Position numbers and translations under genes: made by a program. The notes beneath the pieces are model-generated. The model was not told the DNA's origin, did not search any database, and saw only the letters and a program-made list of their open reading frames with translations. DNA of 64,000 nucleotides from an uncultured virus (IMG/VR IMGVR_UViG_3300021371_000011) (Duplodnaviria > Heunggongvirae > Uroviricota > Caudoviricetes), in the IMG/VR virus record IMGVR_UViG_3300021371_000011; one strand, given 5' to 3'. Below are positions 49,874-59,854 of the stretch, in pieces; the stretch's first letter is position 1, and each line of letters opens with the position of its first letter.

Positions 49874-49935
49874 AATAAAACGCTGTACTGCGCTAATTCT
49901 TTCTATTTATTTTATTTCTTCTATAGTATGGATGA
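49874..49935 (-). promoter_or_regulatory. 62-bp bipartite conserved element, copy 2, upstream of the portal operon
   Basis: See 345-406; the portal TATA GTTATAAA starts at 49820, 30 nt from the ATG. Confidence 0.75.
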
Positions 49936-50106
49936 AGTTAATAACTAAAAGAGTAATAGATAGACAGGGCCGCCGCCTACCCATACTAAAGAAAAAATAA
50001 ATTAATTCACACATAGGCTTTTGGTAAAGCGTTTTTTTAATTTTGTTAAGTGTAGAATCAATAAAAATAAATAAGTATTATAAGACGATATGAGCAGGAC
50101 AGTACA

Positions 50107-51537
50107 ATGGGAAGGTATCAAGGGGGCTACGACCTCATAGAAAAATACGCCAATGATAGGACTTTTAGGAATAATTCTGACTTTGCTCGGTTTTTGCACG
50201 AAGTTGAGCCACAATGCTCGATAAACAGTTGGAGATGTAGAATACAACGGTGGGTAAAACAAGGAAATGACTTTAGGGACACTACTACTACAGAATTATC
50301 TGTAAATAAGATAAGAGTTTACTACGATAAAGCAAATGACACTTATTTAACGGTGCTAGATGCTCTAGGTGGTGAAATGGTTGCTATTGATGGTGACAAA
50401 CACAGAAATATGAAAAAAGATTATTCAGATGACGGTAATGGTTTGTCTGCAACAGATTTGGCTAGAAAATACGGAATACCTACGGGTTGGATTAAAGAAT
50501 ACATAAGAGTCAATGAATGGAATCACGGTATGGACATTTTTACCGATGAAGAAGTTATGACAAAGACTACTGATGATTTAGTAAATGAAACTCTTGCTGT
50601 TAGACGTATGCAAGTAGCAGAAAAGGTAGAAAGTAAGCGTTGGGCTGAAATAGAAAAAGATGCTAACGCATATAGGGCTTTTAGTGATACAATTCTTAAT
50701 GAGTTTCTTACTTTAATCCCAAAAGTAAAAACAAGTACGAAAAACAGAATCAAGATGACGGAAAACGGTAATTATGCTGTAGTCATTTCTCCTACTGACT
50801 TACATTATGGTAAATATGGTTGGAAAGATGAGGTTGGCGAAGAATATGACCTTGACGAAGCACGTTCAAGACTTATTGACCGCACAAACAATTTAATTTC
50901 AAGATTACCTAGTAGACCCGAAAAAGTTATTGTAACTGCGGGTTCTGATTGGTTTCATGTTGATAACGATGCAGGTACTACTACAAAAGGAACGGCACAA
51001 GATATGGCGGCTACACCTGCACAAATACTTATGGGTGGTTGTGAGTTAGCAAGAGAGCATATAGAAATGCTTCGTGCTGTTTCTCCTGTACAAGTAGTAT
51101 TTATGTGTGGTAATCACGATAGACACAGTAATTTTGCTTTGATGATGTATTTATCTGCACTTTATGAAAATGCAGACGATGTAGAAGTAATTGTTAGTCC
51201 GTACCCTCGACAGTATATAAAATACGGAAACTCTTTGTTAGGTTTTACTCACGGTGATGGAGTTAGGGGTAATGACTTACCTGCACTTATGGCTACAGAA
51301 GAAAGACAGGCTTGGGGAGAAAGAGAACACCATTATTGGTTTCACGGACACCTACACCACATGAGATTAACAGAAAAGGCAGGATGTACGGTAATTCAAT
51401 TACCTAGTCTAGCCGGACACGATAGATACCACGCTAGAAAAGGATATGTACTTGCTAGAGCAGGTATTTGCGCCCATATTGTAGATAAGGAATTAGGATT
51501 AGTAGGTAATCTGTTTTCTCCGGTGGTGCATGAGTAA
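50107..51537 (+). CDS. Calcineurin-like metallophosphoesterase with N-terminal HTH regions
   Basis: DLHYG, GSDWFH, GNHD, HGD, GHLH; LSATDLARKYGIP HTH. Confidence 0.85.
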   Translation: MGRYQGGYDLIEKYANDRTFRNNSDFARFLHEVEPQCSINSWRCRIQRWVKQGNDFRDTTTTELSVNKIRVYYDKANDTYLTVLDALGGEMVAIDGDKHRNMKKDYSDDGNGLSATDLARKYGIPTGWIKEYIRVNEWNHGMDIFTDEEVMTKTTDDLVNETLAVRRMQVAEKVESKRWAEIEKDANAYRAFSDTILNEFLTLIPKVKTSTKNRIKMTENGNYAVVISPTDLHYGKYGWKDEVGEEYDLDEARSRLIDRTNNLISRLPSRPEKVIVTAGSDWFHVDNDAGTTTKGTAQDMAATPAQILMGGCELAREHIEMLRAVSPVQVVFMCGNHDRHSNFALMMYLSALYENADDVEVIVSPYPRQYIKYGNSLLGFTHGDGVRGNDLPALMATEERQAWGEREHHYWFHGHLHHMRLTEKAGCTVIQLPSLAGHDRYHARKGYVLARAGICAHIVDKELGLVGNLFSPVVHE

Positions 51538-51653
51538 TGTGGGTTTCAGCCAAATGCTACACTTGTGGTTGGGCTACTAACAGAATGATGAAAACAAAAG
51601 CGTTAAAAGGTATATGCCCACATTGTAATAAAAAAGATTTACACCCGAAGTGA
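51537..51653 (+). CDS. 38-aa Zn-ribbon microprotein (not in ORF track)
   Basis: CYTC..CPHC; TAATG coupling. Confidence 0.6.
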   Translation: MWVSAKCYTCGWATNRMMKTKALKGICPHCNKKDLHPK

Positions 51654-51657
51654 TTAT

Positions 51658-53172
51658 ATGGCTACATTCAATACTAATTTTTCTATGGAACGTAGTCGTA
51701 ATGACGTAGAGTATTTCTACAAGTGGTTAGGCTATACTTGGGGTGAACACATAGGTGAGTGGGTAGATATGTATGGTAATAATCACGACAATGCTTCTGT
51801 ACACCGTGTTTGTATTATTGCACCGAGGGACCACAGTAAATCAACTACTTTAAGGGTAAAACTATTACACATGGCTCTTTTTGAACAATGGCGTAATAAA
51901 CCTTTTACTTGTTGGTTGTTTTCTGCTAGTAAAGACCTTGCAGTCAGAAGGTTAGAAGAAATAAGAGAAGATATGAAAAGACACCCTCAATTATCTAGGT
52001 ATCTCGACCCTAAGAGGGGCAACAAACTAGAAATCCGTTTTACTAATGGTGCATGGATTCGTGCTACTTCTGTCGGTGCGGCTATTCGTGGAGAACACCC
52101 TGCGGCTATTGCATTTGATGACGTTCTTGATGATATGGGGGATATGAATTGGAATAACATAGCACAATGGTTTAGAAAGAAAATTACACCTATGTTGAGT
52201 CCCGGTACAGCAATTTTCGTAGTAGGTACACCTATGAGTATGAATGATTTGTACCATACAGAAATGCTAGAGAATAAAACATGGAAATCGGGTACATGGT
52301 CTGCTATTCCTAATTGGGATGAACATAAGGCTGACCCACTAAATATTAAGCCTGTAGAGTTGTGGGCTGAATATAGACCTATTAAGTTTTTACTAGAACA
52401 AAAAGAGGCTATGGGTGAATTATCTTTTGTACAGGAATATTTGTGTAAAGTAGTAGATGATGAGGCTAGTGTCTTTCCTAGAATGTTGATTAGAAAAAAT
52501 ATGGATATGGATGCTATATTACAGACTGATAAAATGGATGGGTACAGATATGTTATAGGTTTTGACCCTGCACATGGATTAGGGCAAGATTACAGCGTTA
52601 TGATATGCCTAAAGCAAGATGATGACGGTTATATTCATTTTGTAGATATGTGGAGAAGAAATGACTTTCCACCGGATAAACAAGCAGATATGTTGATAGA
52701 GTGGGCTAAACGCTACGGTAATTGTCCGATAGCGGTTGAGGATGTAGGTTTCCAACAAATGTACGAAAGTTTACTTGCACAAAAAGGTGCGGTAGTAGAT
52801 TACAGGGCTAGTAAGGTTAGTAATAGAACATTAAAGCAAGGATTACTAAATAGACTTAGAGTTTGGTTTGAAAGAGAAATGGTAGTATTCCCATTTGGTA
52901 ATGACGCTACTAGAACAAAAGTAGGTATATTATTACAAGAATTAGAAACCCATGCGTGGCGTGATGGGATTATAGTAGATTTAGGCAGACATAACGATAC
53001 TGTTATGGCTTTTGCACACGCCATAGACCAATTCACATACAGGACACCCGATATGCCGGTAATTATGAAAACAATGAAAGGCGGCGATTGGTTAGGTGGT
53101 GAAACACAAATGCAACGAATAAGCAAACATGAAGGTCTTGGTGGGAAAATAATAGATAGGAGAGGATGGTAA
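51658..53172 (+). CDS. terL: Terminase large subunit
   Basis: APRDHSKS Walker A, IRG, IAFDD, VGTP, QEY, GFDPA..DYS, HNDTVMA. Confidence 0.93.
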   Translation: MATFNTNFSMERSRNDVEYFYKWLGYTWGEHIGEWVDMYGNNHDNASVHRVCIIAPRDHSKSTTLRVKLLHMALFEQWRNKPFTCWLFSASKDLAVRRLEEIREDMKRHPQLSRYLDPKRGNKLEIRFTNGAWIRATSVGAAIRGEHPAAIAFDDVLDDMGDMNWNNIAQWFRKKITPMLSPGTAIFVVGTPMSMNDLYHTEMLENKTWKSGTWSAIPNWDEHKADPLNIKPVELWAEYRPIKFLLEQKEAMGELSFVQEYLCKVVDDEASVFPRMLIRKNMDMDAILQTDKMDGYRYVIGFDPAHGLGQDYSVMICLKQDDDGYIHFVDMWRRNDFPPDKQADMLIEWAKRYGNCPIAVEDVGFQQMYESLLAQKGAVVDYRASKVSNRTLKQGLLNRLRVWFEREMVVFPFGNDATRTKVGILLQELETHAWRDGIIVDLGRHNDTVMAFAHAIDQFTYRTPDMPVIMKTMKGGDWLGGETQMQRISKHEGLGGKIIDRRGW

Positions 53173-53451
53173 GTGAAGAAGCGATACAATAAACAGAACC
53201 CGGAAATAAGAAGGCATGGTCCTAAAAGCAAAAAGATTGTCTATAAGGAATCTATTGATAAAATAATGGATGAAGGGTATTTAGACGATTGGAAAACATC
53301 AGAAGAAATTGCGTGGAAAGCAAATAAGTATGTAAGTAATTATTGGACACCACTTTCTAGGAACATAGTCCCAACGTACTTGAAGCGTACTAACCAAGTA
53401 AAATGGCGTAGAAAACCCGGCGCACATAAACTTGAGTGGAAAAAAATATAA
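53173..53451 (+). CDS. Basic putative wHTH protein
   Basis: WKTSEEIAWKAN..LSRNIVPTYL. Confidence 0.45.
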   Translation: MKKRYNKQNPEIRRHGPKSKKIVYKESIDKIMDEGYLDDWKTSEEIAWKANKYVSNYWTPLSRNIVPTYLKRTNQVKWRRKPGAHKLEWKKI

Positions 53452-53628
53452 AAAAATATTTTTCAAAAAAATTATAAAAAATCGTAAGCGGTGGTTGGCG
53501 GTGTAATACGGCGACCTATGTATGCCTTTTGGAAGAGTAAAAGGTGCGTTTTTGGCTCAAAATCGCACTTTTTTGAGTGTGAACACTACATCGAACATAC
53601 TATGTAGTTTCACTACATAGTGTTAAGC

Positions 53629-54804
53629 ATGGATGAACTAGTGTTTCACCAAATAGGACGCATAGAAAATGAATGCCCTCTTGGAGTTAAAGACTCCTTA
53701 GAGGATAGGGTAGACTCGGAGTCTAAGACCCTTATAGAGATAGTAAAAACTCTCGGAATTACCACAAAGAAAGGTGAACATTTCAAGAGATATTCTTCAA
53801 TGATTAAGAAACTAAAAGAAGTCGGCTTCCCTATCATAGATTTACCAAACAAAGATATTACTAAAATGAATCTTCAATTAAAGATTTTACCAAGTAAATC
53901 GAATGCTATCGTATCATCATATAAATCGGATGAACTAGGTAGAAGTGTAGACCCTTCAAACAAGAATGTTAAGAGATACTCAAAGCAAGATTTCACAACC
54001 CAACCGAGAAAGATTTGTTCATGTCATTTCAATGATAAATACCGAGAAGATAAATCAGCGACAGCACCGATTTGCTATGCTATCTTAGAGAGTAATACTA
54101 ACCCCAATGAAATCAAACATATTGGAGTAGGTTCAAAGTGTCGTGGTCATGTCTTAAATCACTTCGATTATTACTCATTAGAAACTTATTACACAAGTGC
54201 AATTCTTGAAGATTATTGGAAGAGTATTTTACTCCCGACATTAGACTTCAATAAGTACAATGATTTCACTATGAAGAGAGCATCTAAATTGAACCTAAGA
54301 TTCAATCAAGATGATTCACCATTCAAAGAGCCATTCTACTCAAACAACCAAGATAACCGACACTTAGAACATCCACTAAATGAGAATGAAAAAGGTGTTT
54401 GTATTGACTGTAATTCCCAAGGTTTTCAATGCCTAACAAAACAGAAAAAGAACGGTCATAAAGAAGTGTTCGGAGAAATGCAAGTTAACACCCTTGATTA
54501 TTGGGGTTGGCAATCAGAGACTTTTGATATGGTTGGTCTTGAACAATCATGGAATCAACCAAAGTATTTGATGAATCTCGATACTAAAGAAATTAAGTCC
54601 GTTGAAGAATGGGGTCTTGATGGTTTCAGATGCCGACCCGTTTGGAGATATACAATTGCTTGCTTCTTAGGTAGAGAAAATCAAATTGGCTTCGGTTGGG
54701 TTAAGTTTCAACCAACAGACAGACTAATGAATGCACTAAATAAAATCAATAATGTATCTACTACAAATCTACTGTTTGAGGATATAGACGGGGGGTACTA
54801 TTAG
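53629..54804 (+). CDS. Hypothetical protein with Cys motifs
   Basis: Long ORF with CSC, CYA, GSKC and CIDC motifs. Confidence 0.7.
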   Translation: MDELVFHQIGRIENECPLGVKDSLEDRVDSESKTLIEIVKTLGITTKKGEHFKRYSSMIKKLKEVGFPIIDLPNKDITKMNLQLKILPSKSNAIVSSYKSDELGRSVDPSNKNVKRYSKQDFTTQPRKICSCHFNDKYREDKSATAPICYAILESNTNPNEIKHIGVGSKCRGHVLNHFDYYSLETYYTSAILEDYWKSILLPTLDFNKYNDFTMKRASKLNLRFNQDDSPFKEPFYSNNQDNRHLEHPLNENEKGVCIDCNSQGFQCLTKQKKNGHKEVFGEMQVNTLDYWGWQSETFDMVGLEQSWNQPKYLMNLDTKEIKSVEEWGLDGFRCRPVWRYTIACFLGRENQIGFGWVKFQPTDRLMNALNKINNVSTTNLLFEDIDGGYY

Positions 54805-54810
54805 ACGTAA

Positions 54811-54844
54811 AGGGGGTTAGGGGTCGTCAAGACCTCTAGCCTCT
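54811..54844 (+). terminator. Hairpin after gene 53629-54804
   Basis: GGGGGTTAGGGGTC-GTCAA-GACCTCTAGCCTCT. Confidence 0.45.
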
Positions 54845-54874
54845 CTTAAAACATCACAATAGGGGGTAAAAAAC

Positions 54875-54982
54875 ATGAAAGAAATAGTAAAGTGTACAAG
54901 GTGTAAATCATACCTTTGGGAATCTTCTCAAATTGTATGTAAGGAGTGCTTTGATGAATGGAAAGCAACGGTGATAATATGA
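54875..54982 (+). CDS. 35-aa Zn-finger microprotein (not in ORF track)
   Basis: CTRC..CKEC; GGGGGT RBS; ATGA overlap with the next gene. Confidence 0.5.
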   Translation: MKEIVKCTRCKSYLWESSQIVCKECFDEWKATVII

Positions 54983-55278
54983 GTTTAGAAAATGGAGATA
55001 TAATCGTAGTGAAATGGATGATAAAAACGTCAAAGAAAAAAATATGGACTTCCGTATTTACTGACTTTGATGATTACTTAGATTTCATTGATTCGGGAAA
55101 TAAAATAATAATAACACAAGACCGAAAAAATAATGTTTTTGGTGCATGGCTAAAAAGACTTCAAACAGAAGAAGAAAAGACAAATGATGATTTTGAATTA
55201 ATGGATTATTTAGAAGAGATAGAAACTATTGAGGATGAAAGAATGAACGCGAAAAAGTCGAGAAAGGGGGTGATATGA
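54979..55278 (+). CDS. Hypothetical protein
   Basis: GGTGA RBS before ATG 54979. Confidence 0.6.
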   Translation: MSLENGDIIVVKWMIKTSKKKIWTSVFTDFDDYLDFIDSGNKIIITQDRKNNVFGAWLKRLQTEEEKTNDDFELMDYLEEIETIEDERMNAKKSRKGVI

Positions 55279-55279
55279 A

Positions 55280-55597
55280 ATGACTATAACTAAGAAAACT
55301 GAATTAGATTTTAAAGAAGCAACACTAAAATATAGATGCAAGAAAACAGGAAAAATTGAAATCAGAACAGCAAATCTACAAGAGTGGTTTGAAGATGAAG
55401 AGTTTGATTTAATTGGGTTTGAAACTGAAGAAATGAGTAATCTAAAATATAAATTAGAACATTTAATTTGCGGTTTGTTTGATGCTGACAGAGAATTGAA
55501 TAAAACAATTAATGCTTTGAAACCTAATCTTGAATACCAAAGAAAAATTATAAGAGATAATTTATTAGATATTGACACTAAATCTAAATCACTTTGA
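55280..55597 (+). CDS. Hypothetical protein
   Basis: GGGGTGA RBS. Confidence 0.6.
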   Translation: MTITKKTELDFKEATLKYRCKKTGKIEIRTANLQEWFEDEEFDLIGFETEEMSNLKYKLEHLICGLFDADRELNKTINALKPNLEYQRKIIRDNLLDIDTKSKSL

Positions 55598-55628
55598 TTA
55601 GATTTAATATTAATCGGATTTACAAAAA

Positions 55629-55703
55629 ACTTCTAGGGATATATTCCTAGAAGTCGAAATTAATTAGGTCGGCCACCGAATATCGGTGGTCGGCCTTTTT
55701 TTT
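55629..55703 (+). terminator. Two hairpins plus T-tract
   Basis: ACTTCTAGG..CCTAGAAGT, then AGGTCGGCCACCGA-ATA-TCGGTGGTCGGCCT-T7. Confidence 0.7.
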
Positions 55704-55976
55704 ATTTTTACAAAAGTCAACCCTACAAAATATAACCCTACATTTTTATTTCTAGGCGTTAACCCTACAAAATATAACCCTACAAAATAAAAACCCTACA
55801 AAATATGACCCTACAAAATATAACCCTACAAAACATAGTCCTACAAAAGTCTGAAAGAATCTGAAAAATAAAAATGTTTTCAAAAATTAAGAATCCAAAC
55901 CCTACAAAAGAATCCAAACCCTACAAAAAAAAGGTAAGGTAGGGGTCTAGTGTCCCCCTACCCTACAAAAGTTTTT

Positions 55977-56270
55977 TTATATTATTTGTATATCAGTATA
56001 TGTGTCGCTTGATTTTTTTACGGTGTATGTTTTTTTACTAACTTTTCCATCTGGGTTAAATATTGTTATTTCGCCTTTGCCGTATTTTTTCATTCCGTGT
56101 ATAGACATATTTACAGTACCATTTTCGTGTTCATATATATTAAAACGAACACCACCTACCGTAATGTAATGAAGGGCTGATTTCTCGCCCTCTCTAGGAA
56201 CTAATTCAATACTATGAATCTCCTCTAATCGCAGTCTAGTGCCAGCCTCTAGGTCAATCTCCTTTACCAT
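55977..56270 (-). CDS. Hypothetical protein embedded in the repeat field
   Basis: Motif-free 97-aa ORF; CTATAAGC about 29 nt upstream. Confidence 0.6.
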   Translation of the reverse strand: MVKEIDLEAGTRLRLEEIHSIELVPREGEKSALHYITVGGVRFNIYEHENGTVNMSIHGMKKYGKGEITIFNPDGKVSKKTYTVKKSSDTYTDIQII

Positions 56271-57089
56271 GTTTTAGTCTAATTACATTTTGCTTATAGT
56301 ATTATCTATAATCAATCTCTTTATTTTGTAGGGTTATTTTTTATTGTGTGATTATTTCTCCCTACAAAATATTATGTATCTTTTTTTATTATGCCCCTCT
56401 AAGTAGGGGGGTTTCAGCCCAAAAAAAACAAACCCTACAAAATAATAATAAGTGTAGTTTTTACACTAAGTGTTGTGAATAACACCGAATAACCCTACAA
56501 AATAAGTTTTTTCGTAAAAAAAACCCTACAAAATAAGGAGATTCATAATAATAGTCTTTATATAGGTAAACAGCATCTCATTACGGATAAGTGGTTTTGC
56601 GAAATTGTTTTGTAGGGTCGAAATAACATGGCCGGATTTGACATAGAGTCTAGCGGATAAAAAATAAACCCTACAAAATAAAAAAAACGCTGTACTGCGG
56701 CGGTGCAAAAAGTAAACCTGAGATTTTTTACCTACAAAATAAAACCTACAAAAGATTTTCCTACATTTTCTTAGCCATGATTATTTTGTAGGGTTTCCAA
56801 GAGTGAAAAAAATATTTTGTAGGTTGAAAAAGTGCAGTTAGTGTAAAATCTACACCGAGTGTCAAAAAACTCACCAAGTGAGAAAGACACACTAAGTTAT
56901 TTTGTAGGGTATTACTATTGAGAAAAAACTAAAATCCTACAAAATATTAAATACTAAGATTATTTTTTGGGTAAAACAAAACCCTACAAAAGACAGGCTA
57001 TAAGCGACCGAAAAACACTAAATATAACCCTACAAAATAAGGAGAATGAGAATAGAAACGCTTATATAGGGGAACTAATATTGTATATT

Positions 57090-57668
57090 ATGACTAAAAT
57101 TAAGAAAGCGTGCAGATATAAGAAATGTAAAGGGGTTATCCATCGAGGTAAATGCCCCGTCGCCTCAAGTCGAGGTTCAAAAGGTGGCAGCACTACCGGA
57201 AAATCAAAAGCGAGAACGGGTTCAAATAATGGCCGATTTACAGGACTTCGAGAATGTGGATGTCCTAAGCGTCAACATTTACCTTCATGTATTCATTCTC
57301 AATTGACATTACAAAAAGTCAAAATTATTAATGCACATGATTTCAATTATAATTCAAATCTACCACTAGAAAATTATCAGCAAATCATTCAATCTAAGTT
57401 TCCAAAATCTCAACCGAAAGTTAGAATTGCCCGAAAAGAAAATATTCCACTCAAGAGAACTGTCGCCAAATGGGAATTAGAAAATGCCGTCAAGGTAAAA
57501 TCAATTCCACATTATTCATTCTTAAAATATACAGGCGTGTGTGCCTCATGTGGGTGCGTGCGTGATGTGCATGATGCACATATGATACACGTAGATGATA
57601 TAAAATACAAATTACCCGAAGAACATTATTTCAAGGCTCGGATTGTTTGCCACGCTTGCGAAGCATAA
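57090..57668 (+). CDS. Basic Cys/His-rich protein
   Basis: ATG 57090 lies 29 nt after CTTATATA; several Cys/His clusters and a GSKGG motif. Confidence 0.65.
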   Translation: MTKIKKACRYKKCKGVIHRGKCPVASSRGSKGGSTTGKSKARTGSNNGRFTGLRECGCPKRQHLPSCIHSQLTLQKVKIINAHDFNYNSNLPLENYQQIIQSKFPKSQPKVRIARKENIPLKRTVAKWELENAVKVKSIPHYSFLKYTGVCASCGCVRDVHDAHMIHVDDIKYKLPEEHYFKARIVCHACEA

Positions 57669-57796
57669 TCGGAGACTATAAATAGTATTAAAGATAGGTG
57701 AAAACATGGACAAAAGAGGCGTAAATAATAGAGGCACTACTCAAAGAATCGTGAATATGCTTCTCGATGATTCTAAAAATTACGGGAGAAAAAGAT

Positions 57797-58018
57797 ATGA
57801 AAATTAATTATGAAAAATATTGCTATAAGATTGATAGTAATTACGGCCTTCATTATAATAATTCTTATTATAATGTTGGTGGTGATGGTAAAGTTTCACA
57901 ATGTAAAATAATAATTGTTGATGACGGTTATGGAATCATCAAACCATTTTCATTTACTTTTGAAATATCTGAGCCTACATTTTGTAGGGTTGGAAATGAC
58001 GCTTGCGAAGCACAATGA
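57797..58018 (+). CDS. Hypothetical protein ending in the motif
   Basis: GGGAG RBS before MKINYEK; C-terminal DACEAQ is encoded by the motif. Confidence 0.5.
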   Translation: MKINYEKYCYKIDSNYGLHYNNSYYNVGGDGKVSQCKIIIVDDGYGIIKPFSFTFEISEPTFCRVGNDACEAQ

Positions 58019-58160
58019 GAGACTTTAAATAAGATTGACGATAAGATTAAATTGTAAGAAAAACAACGGAGACAAAAAATATGTATGAAGATAGCGAATG
58101 GCTAAAAGAGATGATTAAAAAGACGAATGCGGGAATGATTTATTTGGCGGGGTCTGAGAG

Positions 58161-58280
58161 ATGAAAGATTTACGCCCGACACTTCAAAACCGAAAAGATT
58201 TGAGAAAGTCAAATCCGCCCTTGACCCTTTGGGCAAGGCAGCAAATTGACAAACTCGGTTTTAATGCCGAGCAATTCTGA
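58161..58280 (+). CDS. 39-aa microprotein
   Basis: ATGA-coupled to the 27-aa ORF 58081-58164, downstream of promoter unit 57999. Confidence 0.4.
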   Translation: MKDLRPTLQNRKDLRKSNPPLTLWARQQIDKLGFNAEQF

Positions 58281-58934
58281 GCCTACATTTTGTAGGGTTA
58301 GAAATCCCACTCCCGCCCGTTGAGCGTTGATTTCGGGCTGCATCCTAAGCATGATGTGAGATTGCGAATAACCTATTGACGAGTAGGCGAAAACTTTCGG
58401 AAACTGCTTACATTTAACGAAAAAGAAAAAAAGATTTACGCAAAAAAGAAAAGAAAGCCTTCCGGCATTAGGTTCGGAAGAGGACTTTCTTTTAAGGTCA
58501 AAATACCTTTCGGGGTGCATCCATTTCGGGTGCATCCCACTTTTTTTATTTTTATAGCCTATATTTTGTAGGGTTAAAGATTCATTTTTTTTTATTTCAG
58601 ATTCAAATATTTTGTAGGGTACTTACTTCTTCCGCAAAAATAATTTTGTAGGGTCGCCCTTTTTTTCTACACCCATACACCCTACAAAATAATTAAGCCT
58701 GTCTTTTGTAGGTTAATTACATTTACAGTAAAACTAAAAATCCTACAAAAGATTTCAAATCCAAAAACTAAAACCCTACAAAATAAAACCGTAAAAGAAA
58801 AAAATAAACTCAAAAATAAACCCTACAAAATATAGGCTAAAGAGAAAAAATAAAACTCAAAAATAAACCCTACAAAATAACGCTTGTGTAGCAAAATAGT
58901 AGCCTTTTTATAGTAGTAGTTTTTAGTAGTGAAC

Positions 58935-59393
58935 ATGATGTTTGGAGAACACGATAGACAGATAATTAGTATAGAGAGAGAAAAGTTTAGAGAAATTAAA
59001 AAGGGAGATATTTTTTTCATGGGTCAAGATAAAGTTAGAGTTTTGGCAAAAGTAAATAAAGTTTCTTGGCGTTATGAAAATGGTAGAGAGTTTTATTGGT
59101 TTAGTATGAAATATATAGCAAGAAAAGATTTAGAAACAGGCGAAGTTAAAAGATGGAATGAAGAGGAATCTCTTAGGAAAAACGGAAAAGAAAGAAAAAA
59201 TATTGATAATACCAAATATGGTTTTCTTTTAAGTTATTCTTGTAATCAAGAAGAAGGTACTCAAAGACATTTACCGCTTCGTTCTTGGGGGTTCTCAATT
59301 TCACCCGAAAACTTTGAACACCATTCAATTTTCATGGAATCACCCGATACAGATTTTAATTTAGATTTCTACTACGCTTGCGTAGCAGAATGA
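58935..59393 (+). CDS. Hypothetical early protein
   Basis: ATG 30 nt from TATA 58905. Confidence 0.7.
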   Translation: MMFGEHDRQIISIEREKFREIKKGDIFFMGQDKVRVLAKVNKVSWRYENGREFYWFSMKYIARKDLETGEVKRWNEEESLRKNGKERKNIDNTKYGFLLSYSCNQEEGTQRHLPLRSWGFSISPENFEHHSIFMESPDTDFNLDFYYACVAE

Positions 59394-59428
59394 TAACAGT
59401 TAAATAGAATGAAAAAGGAGAATTAAAT

Positions 59429-59626
59429 ATGAGCCAAAACACAAAAGAGATATATGGGGTATGGAATATCCATGACTTAGAGAAGCAAATAAAAAGATTT
59501 AAGAAAAATGAGAGAGAAAATCTAGGCGTAAAAAGACTTAGTAGAAATGCTAATGTCGTAATAGATTTTACTAGTGTTGAAGATTCATCCGGTGATTCCC
59601 AATTATCAATTAAGGAGATGTACTAA
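59429..59626 (+). CDS. Hypothetical early protein
   Basis: ATG 30 nt from TATA 59399. Confidence 0.65.
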   Translation: MSQNTKEIYGVWNIHDLEKQIKRFKKNERENLGVKRLSRNANVVIDFTSVEDSSGDSQLSIKEMY

Positions 59627-59854
59627 ATGACATACAACGGTTGGACAAATAGAGAAACATGGCTTATTAATTTACATTTTGAGCCGAAAAATCAAGGAGA
59701 TATTGAATGGTTAAGATTACAATTAGAAACAGCATTTCGCAAAATGACTGTTGACCATTTTTACGGTAATTTTTTCAATGATTTAATTAATTTCCAATTA
59801 ATCAATTGGGATGAATTAGCAAATCACGTTCAAGAAAATTACGAAGAAGAGTAA
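59627..59854 (+). CDS. Hypothetical protein (YNGWTNRETW type, common in viruses)
   Basis: N-terminal motif; GGAG RBS. Confidence 0.7.
   Translation: MTYNGWTNRETWLINLHFEPKNQGDIEWLRLQLETAFRKMTVDHFYGNFFNDLINFQLINWDELANHVQENYEEE

Larger units (their letters stand above)
55719..58878. repeat. Dense field of (A)CCCTACAAAA motifs, iteron-like, in both orientations
   Basis: More than 30 copies by eye; tandem with ~15-nt period at 55720-55850; an outlier at 62581. Confidence 0.9.

Noticed and set aside
55719..55850. Mini-CRISPR from tandem CCCTACAAAA
   Set aside because: The period is about 15 nt with 4-6 nt linkers, too short for spacers
56967..57089. N-terminal extension of ORF 56967-57668, and ORFs 56526-56708 and 58823-59020
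   Set aside because: They translate the repeat field or are antisense to a real gene; the TATA position supports ATG 57090
58209..58535. 108-aa minus-strand ORF
   Set aside because: Opposite to local transcription, low-complexity Phe run, no clear RBS or TATA
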